Assembly (NCBI GenBank): GCA_964016885.1 | Contig: OZ024742.1 | Span: forward strand, 146,134,001-146,198,000 | From: Eledone cirrhosa | Taxonomy: Eukaryota | Reading direction: 5' to 3' | DNA: 64,000 nucleotides | In this document: positions 53,513 to 64,000 of the stretch, piece by piece | How positions within the stretch are numbered: the first letter of the stretch is position 1 | Layout: every line of letters starts with the position of its first letter | The notes under the pieces: model-generated | What the model was told of the DNA's origin: nothing | Databases searched by the model: none | What the model saw: the letters and a program-made list of their open reading frames with translations, nothing else | Translations under genes and position numbers: made by a program

Positions 53513-54931
53513 CTGAGTTGAGAGCAAGTTGAAACATTCACATAAGAGTAAGGTCACACATGAACAAGTATGACATTAAAGATATTCAAATAATGTTACT
53601 GTCGCATTAATTAACAAATAATTAAATAAACAGGTGGGAAATAATGTGCAAATGTAGTTATAATAAATTGCTAAGATTATGTATGAAATACAACAGCCAG
53701 CTATTAAATATTGTATATCCATACTTTACTCACCTTTTAATTATTTTGTAGTTCTATTGTTCATTAACATTATGGCTAATATATAGAAGGTATGATTATA
53801 TGACATATCTTTCATTGATCACAGAAGCTGAACAGTGCATCTGTTCCAGGACAAAAAGCTAGATCATGAGAGCAATATGTGTGTGTGTGTTTACATATAG
53901 AAATGAGCTTTGTTTATAACTGCAATATCCCGGTAAATAGTGAATAAGCATCACATCAGCTATCCATAGCAATCCATGTACACCCACCAATGTATCTATC
54001 TTCGGCCAACAGCAACAACAACAAAGCCATTGTACAATCATCCACAGGGTTATTGTTATAGCCTAATGCCATTACTTTTGGTGTTGTTGTTGTTAATGTA
54101 GTGTTAATTAAACCACGGTGTATATGATAATTGATTTAAATGAATGTAAAATAAATGTAAGTGGCTGTGGCCAGGACCAGTGCTACCATTAGAACAACAA
54201 GGCAGCTTCCTAGAATACTGACTGAGTGGTACATTTGTGAACCATGAAGAGTCAGAGTTTTGCATACATTTTATAATTAAATTTAATGTATACCTCAGAA
54301 GACGAAGACGAAGAAGAAGAAGAAGAAGAAGAAGAAGAAGAAGGAGGGGAGAAGGAGGAAGAGGAGGAGACAGAGTAAAGATTATGAAGGTCAAGGAAAA
54401 TTCGAGAATTCAAGCATTTTTACATAGAATGTTATTAATATGAAGCATTGTGAGATATATAGTAAAAGACCAATAATATTTTTATTTTTTAAAGCCGGTA
54501 CAATGCAGTAGAAAAATATGATTATAATGAAACAACAAAACAAGTAATGTTTTACCCAGAGTATTTTAGCATGATATTTCAGGGTTATTACCCTCTTTTC
54601 AGATGCAAAGCTGAAACAGTTCAAGACAAAATAAACGAGCATTCAGAGTTTTTAGAGTCTTCTTCCCTAACTTGTCTATGTTTTTGCAAATTTTACAGAA
54701 GGATGCCTGCAGAGACAGAGCCAAAATGTACGATATACGGAATGAGATCTCACCGAATACAATGGGTAAATCATTACTTTATTTTGTTTTGTTTTGTTGC
54801 ATTTGTCATCATATTTTTCTTCCACAAAAAATAAAAAAGTATCAGTCTTTTATTAATTATTAAATAATTTTTTTTTTACCATACACTCCATCATTATATA
54901 TATATCCACCACACACACACACATATATATA

Positions 54932-55133
54932 GGTATAAGAAAGAAAGTGTGGTAAGGAACCAGGCGGACCATAATGCACCAGAGTACTCGATACTTAGGG
55001 TAGTAGAATGGGTAATAGGAAAAGAGTCAGGACCTCGACGGCTGAGCTCCGACTGTTTTGACAGCTAGATCCGGATCAGATCTAGCTGTTGAAACAGCTG
55101 GAGCTCAGCCGTCGAGGTCCTGACTCTTTTCCC
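54932..55133. mobile_element. Short TA-inserted element ending in a 115-nt hairpin (copy 1)
   Basis: Palindrome 55018-55132; homologous to 62828-63013; TA repeats on both sides. Confidence 0.75.
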
Positions 55134-55801
55134 ATATATATATATATATATATACAGTATACCTTTTAGTAATGAATACCTGTGATAATGGAAATCAAGA
55201 CACAAAAATAATGAATTAAGAACTAAAATAATGAAAGGTTGCTAAGGCTCACTCATGAAAGTTCTTTGTGCAAGTATTAGTGTAGATGCCTTAAATGTTA
55301 TGTTGAATCATTTTCATATATTCACACACTTCTGTTAATGATAGGTACCACGTAAGACAAACCAGAAGTAAACGAAATGATGAATTGACAGTAATTGTTT
55401 TTTTACTTTTTGTATATTTATACTTGTTTTTATTACATACATTTATTCTTATTGATAATTTGTGTTTTGTTAATTTTTAAAGAGATGCTTTGTGTGTAAA
55501 CTTTCAGTATTAAATGAGGCTTTAGAAGAAATTGTCTCTGAATAGATATATTTTATTTCACGTGTTAATGATTTTTGTGATAATGAATTACATTCTAGAA
55601 TGAGTTAGATTCATTACCAAAGGATTAACTGTATATCTATGACACACGCACACACACTCACTCACACACACACACTCACACACACACACACATAATAAAT
55701 GTAATGTACCAAATTTATTGAGTCTGTAGTGTGTCTGACTCAGTAGAAACTGAGATAATTACAAAAGTAAATTAATGTCTGAATTAAATATCTTGTCTCA
55801 C

Positions 55802-55990
55802 CTGTATTTTTTATGTCCAGGTATACAAAATTGATAAGGATCTTGTACTGACTCTCAACTTTAATAAGCCAAGTGCACTGTATATTTGCAGGAAATGGTG
55901 CTGGGAAATGGGGAGATGTGATAACCCCACCCATTCCATGAACAACCTCAGCACCACAGATTTCATCAGGGGGTCCAAATGGCTGCCAAG
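55802..55990 (-). CDS. Host gene exon A: N-terminal part of a CUB domain (CUB-LDLa, Neto/MIG-13/Culd-like protein)
   Basis: Acceptor ttttgtttttcag| and donor |gtgaga; 189 nt, phase 1/1. Translates WQPFGPPDEICGAEVVHGMGGVITSPHFPAPFPANIQCTWLIKVESQYKILINFVYLDIKNT, matching the CUB consensus CG...G.I.SP.FP..Y/F....C.W.I. Confidence 0.9.
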
Positions 55991-57180
55991 CTGAAAAACA
56001 AAAAAAGGCTTACATTAAAAGAGAAGCCATGTAATTAGCGCCCCCCTATTTCCAGACAGACCTGCTAAACGTAAGTTGTAAGTATCGGTAGAGGGTCAGA
56101 CGTCATGCTTTGCAGCACAGTTACGTCCTTTTACGGGCTGAGTTCAAATCCCACCGAGGTTAACTTTGCCTTTCATCCTTACGGGGCCGATAAAATAAAG
56201 TACCAGTAATACACTGGGTATTTGTTGGCCTTGTGCCATAAGTAGAAACAATTAATTTATATATAATATAATATAATTGTTTCTACTTTTTGGCACAAGG
56301 CCGCCAATTACCCAGTATAATTACTGGTACTTTATTTTATCGACCCTGTAAGGATAAAAAGCAAAGTTAACCTCAGCGGGATTTGAACTCAGATCGTAAA
56401 GGGACGTAACTACGCTAGAAAGCATGTCTGACCCTCTACCGATACTGCCAATATATACTATGTATAAATAGATATCATATATTTTGCTATATCTATATAT
56501 AATATGTATCATTTGATATTTAATATACTATTATATCATCTCTATCGCCCCTCCCTGCCCCCTAGACCGTCTGAAACACCCCCAGGAGGGCAGTATTGCC
56601 CACTTTGAAAACTTCTGTTCTATCTATATGTGTATGTGCGTTTGTGTGTGTGAGTATGTATGTGTGTGTATGCACACATACATGTGTGGTTCTCTTGTGC
56701 CATTTGCATATATAAAAATCAAGTTCCCTTCACATAACATTATGATGAAAATATTTCACCCCCCAAAAAACACTGCTTTTTTAAATATCATACCAAAACA
56801 CATAACATTCAAGTGATTCTTGGTAAATTCCTTCAAAGAATTCCAGATGAATCACCTATACCTAGATATGTTTTGATCAACAACTCCTTATTCAAATTCT
56901 TATTCGAATGGACTATGGTGGCCAACATTATCAAAATTATATATAAAGTGTAGTGCTGGTGCTACAATAAAATGCATTCAGACCATTGTGTAAATGGTAT
57001 TGCTGGTAACACAATAAAATGCACCCAGTACACACTGTAATGTGGTTGGCATTAGGAAAAGCATCCAGTCATAGAAACCAAGCCAATCTGGAACATATGA
57101 GCAAAATATGATCATCTTATTTGTCTTCTCACAGAATGTGACAACCCATGCCATCATGGAATAAAGATGTAAAACAGTGA

Positions 57181-57468
<288 letters not shown>

Positions 57469-58172
57469 CAATCTTAAAGTACTGAAACAGCATATCTCTA
57501 GCAGTTGACTGATGAGATGTGACTGTCTGTATTCATTTTCCTCTCTTCATATATATATGTATATTTATGTATACTGGTGAACAATGTATTGCTTATGTAA
57601 AGTATGTGATAATTCATTGTTCTAACTGATTACATGCACTATGATTTTTTTTTAAAATTTAAGATGCCTGATCTTCTGTACCAATAATTGTTTCTTCTTT
57701 TGGCACAAGGCCAGCAATTACCCAGTGCATTACTGGTACTTTTTATTTTATCGACCCCGTAAGGATGAAAGGCAAAGTTAACCTCGACGGGATTTGAACT
57801 CAGAATGACAAGGGCCGTAACTCTATGCATCAAAGCATGGCATCCGACCCTCTACCGATACTGCCAATTCAATGATATCTTGTGTGTTTCCTCTAGTTCA
57901 GAAATTTTAGTGCCTTCACATTGAGCGGTTGTCTGGTCAGTAAATGAGTGTACACAATCATTTTTATATATCGATATTTTGATTTTTATATATATATATT
58001 ATACATATATATATATATGTAAAGTTTGTACATCGGTGGCTAGTTGAGGGACAGAGTTGTATTGGACTCCAGTTGCTAATCGCTTTATCATGTCGGTTGT
58101 CACAAACAGTGATGACCGGCATGGGCTGGAGTTTGGTTTCTGTCGATCGATTGCTTATTGATTAGGTGATAA

Positions 58173-58281
58173 CCGCTGATGAAGCCACATACGCCGATTA
58201 TGCATTGTTGCATAATATATGCAGATGGAGGGTGCAGTGCACCTTACTGCTGCATTAAGTGCAGCCAAAACTCGAGTCCGG
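58173..58281 (+). ncRNA. Degenerate hammerhead with a long stem II (G12->A)
   Basis: ccg-CUGAUGA-agcc...gcagcc-aAAA-cucgag-UC-cgg; palindromic CUCGAG. Confidence 0.45.
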
Positions 58282-58463
58282 GAATTGTTAAAGGCACCTG
58301 TTTTACGTGTGTTGTATTGAAGCGAATAACTATGTGTCTACTCTGGGAATGTATCTTACATTGCCCATTGAGTACTGGCATTGATAAATATGCTGGGTCC
58401 GTCAACCCCTTATTATATATATAAATAAATATACACGGGTGTGTATGATTGTGTATAGAAGAT

Positions 58464-58727
58464 TATATTAATAAAAGGAATTGCAACTTTGTCTGATTTA
58501 CTCGTTTTATTTACAATCCTTTAAAATTATAATGATATGCAATGCAAACTTGACTGTCACCACTGAATATGAACCTGAAGATTGCGGAAGCATAAAAGTA
58601 CTTGTTCAATTAACATTTAACATTTAATATTGTACCATAATATTTCATTATAATATCATTATAATTTTAAAGGATTGTAAATAAAACGAGTAAATCAGAC
58701 AAAGTTGGAATTCCTTTTATTAATATA
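58464..58727. repeat. Inverted repeat (about 75-bp arms) enclosing a degenerate hammerhead
   Basis: tattaataaaaggaattgcaactttgtctgatttactcg... is mirrored at 58654-58727; followed by (TA)n. Confidence 0.85.
58570..58608 (+). ncRNA. Degenerate minimal hammerhead (G12->A)
   Basis: ugaac-CUGAAGA-u-ugc(ggaa)gca-u-aAAA-guac-UU-guuca. Confidence 0.55.
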
Positions 58728-59290
58728 TATATATATATATACATATATAAATATATATATATATAATATATATATATATGTTGCCTCCCTTGCCGAACTC
58801 CACGTGGGGTCAGTAATAGTCATTCCTTAAATTAGCAATTGAACTAAAACCTGTTGACAAAGTGGCTTCCTTGTTCAATCATCTTACCAGAAGCCTAACA
58901 TTATTTATGTAAGCGGACTTTATTTTATCCTTACGGGGTCGATAAAATACAGTACCAGTAATGCACTGGGTAATTGCTGGCCTTGTGCCAAAAGTAGAAA
59001 CAATTATTTATCTAAGCGGGCAGTACTTGATTTAGGAGTCGCAGAAACCCAAATGCTGGATTTTACCAACCATCCAGGGGTCCGGGTAAATTTTCAATCA
59101 CATATTTTTATTTGATTGACCCGAATTACTTGGTCGTTTCTTTGGCTGTGCGGATGTTTGTTTAACCATCTCAGTGTATTTGGCCTTTAACGTATGTTGT
59201 AGCTCTGGTTCATCTGAATCATCGAGGGCTTGCCACACATCTCGGAAGTTGTTTTTCGTTAATTCCTAAGCCGAACTACGATTCTTGCTA

Positions 59291-59364
<74 letters not shown>

Positions 59365-60182
59365 CATTATGTGTATCTAGTTTAAAATATGTACACCATA
59401 TCCCTACATGCTGCATGAGGTGACTAAAAGGGTTGGTATTAGAAACGGCATTTAGCTGTAAAATACTGCCTGAAAAAGTCTCAGCAAACCAATGCTATCA
59501 TGGAAAGTCAACATAATGATGATGATATGTGAATACTAGTTAGAAACCAGTATGATAATTATTAAACTTAGTACACCATACTTTAAAAAAAGTAAAGTGT
59601 AGATATTCTTTAACACATCTAGGCTCTATGACCTACCCATCCCTACCACTGCCACACTACCATCAACACCCTGCCAACACCATATGACTATGTGTTAATG
59701 TGGCTACATAAAAGAGTGCATGTGTGTGTGTATGAGTATGTGCGTGTATGTGTGTATATAAAAATGTGTGTGCATCTGTATGTGAGTGTGTCTATATATA
59801 TATATATATGTGTGTGTATGTATGTGTATGTATGCGTATATATGTAGCCATATGTATGTGTGAGTGTGTATGCACGGTTGGGTGTATGTCTCTCAGTGTG
59901 CGTGGTGATTAGTCAATACCCATATTTGGTGCTGTGTGTACATCATTTGTTACATGATGCAGTCAGATTAGATTTTGGTTTTACTTGATTAACAAGTCTG
60001 ATGGCTAGATCGGACTGGAGTCAGGTCTATAGCATTTAAATAGATCCCGAGCCAGCCATCTGTGAAACAGTCATAACTGTATATAATCAATAAAGACCTG
60101 AATGTGAAACCTTGCTTTGTTTTTAATATATACAGATATATATATAGAGAGATTTTACATATACATAAATATATATACATAT

Positions 60183-61040
60183 ATACAAAAGTGCCCATTC
60201 CATACTGTAAAGTGGTCGTAGGTGTCACAGCAAAAAGTGCCCAGCCCACACTGTAAAGTGTTCTTAGGTGTCACAGCAAAAAGTGCCCAGCCCACACTGT
60301 AAAGTGGTCGTAGGTGTCACAACAAAAAGTGTCCAGCCCACACTGTAAAGTGGTCATAGGTGTCACAGCAAAAAGTGCCCATACCACACTGTAAAGTGGT
60401 TGTAGGTGTCATACCAAAAAGTGCCCAGCCCACACTGTAAAGTGGTCGTAGGTGTCACAACAAAAAGTGTCCAGCCCATACTGTAAAGTGGTTTGTTTTT
60501 AATATATACAGATATATATATAGAGAGATTTTACATATACATAAATATATATACATATATACAAAAGTGCCCATTCTGTAAAGTGGTCGTAGGTGTCACA
60601 GCAAAAAGTGCCCAGCTCACACTGTAAAGTGGTCGTAGGTGTCACAGCAAAAAGTGCCCAGCCCACACTGTAAAGTGGTCGTAGGTGTCACAGCAAAAAG
60701 TGCCCAGCCCATACTGTAAAGTGGTCATAGGTGTCACAGCAAAAAGTGCCCATTCCACACTGTAAAGTGGTCGTAGGTGTCACAGCAAAACGTGCCCAGC
60801 CCACACTGTAAAGTGGTCGTAGGTGTCTCAACAAAAAGTGCCCAGCCCATACTGTAAAGTGGTCATAGGTGTCACAGCAAAAAGTGCCCATTCCACACTG
60901 TAAAGTGGTCGTAAGTGTCGTGACAAAAGCACCCAGTCTACATTGTAAAGTGGTTGTGTTGGCGACATGACCAGAAGTGCCCAGCCGACACTGTAAAGTG
61001 GTTGTGTAGATGTCATGACGAAAACCACCCTGTACTCACT
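60183..61040. repeat. 46-bp minisatellite derived from RTE/SINE 3' UTR sequence
   Basis: Unit caaaaagtgcccagcccacactgtaaagtggtcgtaggtgtcacag, about 15 copies; runs into the 3' UTR end (ggttggcattagaaagagcatccagctgtagaaacc). Confidence 0.9.
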
Positions 61041-61329
61041 GTAAATGTGGTTGGCATTAGAAAGAGCATCCAGCTGTAGAAACCAAGCCCAAATCGGTTC
61101 TGTATGAGCAAAACATGGTCACCTGACCTAGCATTTCACACAACAGGATAACTCTTCTAACCCATGCTAGCATATACTTGATTTTTACTTCAGCTTTATT
61201 ATTAGGGATTAGTTACTTCATCGAACTTCTATTGTCCCATATTCTGTGTCCTCCTTAATGTTTATTTGTTCTTCTGTGTCTCCTCTTCTTTCTGGTCTTA
61301 TTTTGTTTACTCCATCTTGTCTTTCTGTT

Positions 61330-61455
<126 letters not shown>

Positions 61456-62827
61456 TCCCCTCTCCATCCAACTTGTCTTTTGAAGAAACAGCAAAAATTA
61501 AAAGAAGAACAAAAACATTTCAGAATGTTTTGTTGCAGGAAGATTGGTGGTAATAGCTGAACAAAATATTGATGACATATTAACAAAATAGAAACAATTT
61601 AAAGCTCCACTGAAGCAGAAACACCTCTCTTCACCATCGTGTAGACAAACTAAAATTATTTGCTTCAGTAGATATGTAGTTTTGATTTTAATGCAACATT
61701 ACATTTGAGACAAGTAACCAAACTTTGAATGTGATTAGAGACATACCGCAAGTCAGGGTAGATTTACAAATGAATGAATATTTTATCAAATACTTCTATT
61801 TTTAACTATGATCCATAATAGCAAATATATTGGAGTCTCACTTATCTTGTACATTAGTTCTTGCAGAGACTACATTCTTAAATAGTTTTCTCATAAATAA
61901 ATATTTCAAAATTATATACTCATTGGTCATCTAATCCACACCAACATGGAAAAATGGACATTACAACTGCCTGCATTTATAATGACTGAATTATCAATAT
62001 GCAGAAAAATATGATTTTCTTTACATTTAAGGGGGGGGGGGGAGTAGGTTTCATGCAAAAGAATAAAATGTTCTTTGAAACACACGCACAACATCATTTA
62101 AAGTCTGTTTTTCTATGTTTGCATGGGTAGTACTATTAGAATCAAAAAGTCTTAAAGTTAACTTGTCAAAGACTAAAGTTCTAGGATATAGAAGGGAAAT
62201 GCCTTTGCTCAGTGTGCAGGAAAGGGGTAGGTAGAAATTCCATTCTATGTTCCAAATGCAAGCTATAGGTACACAAGAGATGTAGTGGGATCAGAGGTAA
62301 ACTATCAAAGAATGTAGGTTTTATATGTGGTCAATGCACAGGTGCAATAAGTAGCAAGATGCTAGCTCCCATGAGATGCTAGCTCCTTCAAACGCCCAGA
62401 TGGCTCTGTAGTAACTGAAACTGCACCAACGTATATAAACATGTATGTAAATATGTCAGAAAATATGAATTAATTAATTACCAATACAAGCACTAATTAT
62501 ATGCAAATTAGTATATCCATTTGAGACTGATACGAAGAACGAATGGGTATATATACCCATCAAATACAAGTTTCCTTGTGGTTGATTGGAGGATATACCA
62601 GTCTTTTGATGAGGGTCCAATAATATCCGAAAATTGATGAAAGATGTTTATCACTTTTTCAATTTACAGGAAAATTTATATTTTCTGGCATGTTTACATG
62701 CTTACATATTAGATATGTATATATATTTATACACATTGGTGCAGTCTTGATTACATACTCTGTATTTATACAGATATAGCTTTATCATACACTTTGGCTG
62801 CTAGCACACTTCTTACTATATATATAT

Positions 62828-63013
62828 AACGAAGGAAATGTGGTAAGGAACCAGGTGGACCATAACGCACCAAAGTACTCAATACTTAGGGTAGTAGAGT
62901 GGGTACTAGGAACGAGCAGGGCCCCGACGACTGAGCTCAAGCCGTTTCGACGGCTAATTCCAGAATTAGCCGTCGAAACGGCTTGAGCTCAGCCGTCGGG
63001 GTCCTACTCTTTC
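62828..63013. mobile_element. Short TA-inserted element ending in a hairpin (copy 2)
   Basis: Palindrome 62910-63013; shares the leader tgtggtaaggaaccagg.ggaccataa.gcacca.agtactc.atacttagggtagtaga with copy 1. Confidence 0.75.
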
Positions 63014-63300
63014 ATATATATATATATATATACGGGGTAACAAATAATAGTTAAATGCAGTCCACTTAGGTATAGTCCAGTTATGGTATTCCAGGTAGTG
63101 GATGATATTAACGCTTGGCTTGGTTTGACTCAAGGCGTTTTCATAGTGATGCTGCGGGTATGCTGCGGGTATGTTGTCTCCTCAAATAATTTATTAATAG
63201 CATTGTTGTAATTGTTGTTATTGTTCTAACTGAATACCATTACTACTTCATATAGTAGCCTGTATATTCTTTTCTTGCCTGTGTATTCTCTTCATTCTCG

Positions 63301-63413
63301 CATGCTCCGAAGAACTGACTGGTTATAATTTTGTATTGGCGATCGAGTAATGTGAAAATAAGCGAATAGCGATCTCTAGACCTACCAGTTCAGAGAAACA
63401 ATTGTCAGCTATG
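63301..63413 (+). ncRNA. Hammerhead motif in the PLE pLTR (core variant CCGAAGA)
   Basis: caugcu-CCGAAGA-a-cugacuggu...accaguucag-a-GAAA-caauug-UC-agcuaug; palindromic CAAUUG; lies about 270 nt upstream of the ORF. Confidence 0.6.
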
Positions 63414-63684
63414 AGATTAAAAACCTTTTTTGTATAGCAAACCATGTCAACCTTCTTTCCTGATTTATTATTACTCCAAGTGTTTACAACATAGGAATTA
63501 CAGCATACCCGCAGCATCACTATGAAAACGCCTTGAGTCAAACCAAGCCAAGCGTTAATATCATCCACTACCTGGAATACCATAACTGGACTATACCTAA
63601 GTGGACTGCATTTAACTATTATTTGTTACCCCGTATATTTAGCTCCCACCTGGTCGAGCAACACCATTAACGCACGGCAACAAC

Positions 63685-64000
63685 ATGGAGAAGCACCGTA
63701 TAGGTATGTCACTGAAAAACATACCTATACCTACAAAAAAGGACTATACACTGGGCATGATACGACGGACTAATGATTTCATCCGCAGGGTCCGATGGAA
63801 AGCTTACCATTTCGATAAGGGACCGAATACCAACGCAAAGGAATTTTCTAAGGAGAATTACGGGTTTAAATCCTGCAAAAACCCGCCAAACAACCCCGCA
63901 CTCGATGCCTTCGAGCTGAACCTTATGAACATGATAAGTGAAACTAAATTTAAAAAAGGAACAAATCACAACAAATTGCAAAATGACTTAAATACATTAC
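63685..64000 (+). CDS. N-terminus of a Penelope-like reverse transcriptase ORF (partial, runs off the window)
   Basis: 105 open codons: MEKHRIGMSLKNIPIPTKKDYTLGMIRRTNDFIRRVRWKAYHF...ENYGFKSCKNPP...LDAFELNL. The SLKNIPIP / F.RR.RWKA / YGFKS..PP pattern is recalled from invertebrate PLE ORFs. Confidence 0.7.
   Translation, partial: MEKHRIGMSLKNIPIPTKKDYTLGMIRRTNDFIRRVRWKAYHFDKGPNTNAKEFSKENYGFKSCKNPPNNPALDAFELNLMNMISETKFKKGTNHNKLQNDLNTL

Larger units (their letters stand above)
63031..64000 (+). mobile_element. 5' end of a Penelope-like element (probably Naiad-type) with an inverted partial pLTR
   Basis: Follows (TA)n; 63031-63165 is the reverse complement of 63501-63635; hammerhead motif at 63301-63413; ORF starts at 63685. 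Confidence 0.7.

Noticed and set aside
60183-61040. Regular repeat array resembling CRISPR
   Set aside because: Contiguous 46-bp units with no unique spacers, no cas genes, eukaryotic context, and derived from a retroelement UTR
63520-63562. SECIS-like ATGA...AAA hairpin in the PLE pLTR
   Set aside because: The 3' side lacks the NGAN needed for the G.A quartet, and no in-frame TGA is visible in the window

Overview
Eukaryotic, AT-rich, microsatellite-dense animal DNA. The SINE, LINE and microsatellite make-up suggests a coleoid cephalopod such as Octopus; this is inferred, not proven. Host gene: four phase-compatible minus-strand exons (55802-55990, 53368-53512, 19662-19741, 17143-17298) encode one CUB domain followed by an LDL-receptor class A module, i.e. 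a Neto/MIG-13/Culd-like protein. They include a 33.6-kb intron, and the other exons were not found. Mobile DNA makes up most of the rest: an intact R4/Dong-like REL retrotransposon (1130-aa ORF) stacked with a second, truncated one in the (TAA)n tail of a CR1 remnant; a third REL element inside (CATA)n; a near-full-length degenerate RTE LINE; tRNA-derived SINEs; a non-autonomous Helitron; piggyBac- and Tc1-type MITEs; and the 5' end of a Penelope-like element running off the right edge. The most striking pattern, missed by the ORF track, is about 10 type-I hammerhead ribozyme motifs of several unrelated sequence families. Most lie next to (TA)n tracts and many lie inside fold-back palindromes of 0.1-1.5 kb. 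Most short ORFs in the track are microsatellite artefacts.
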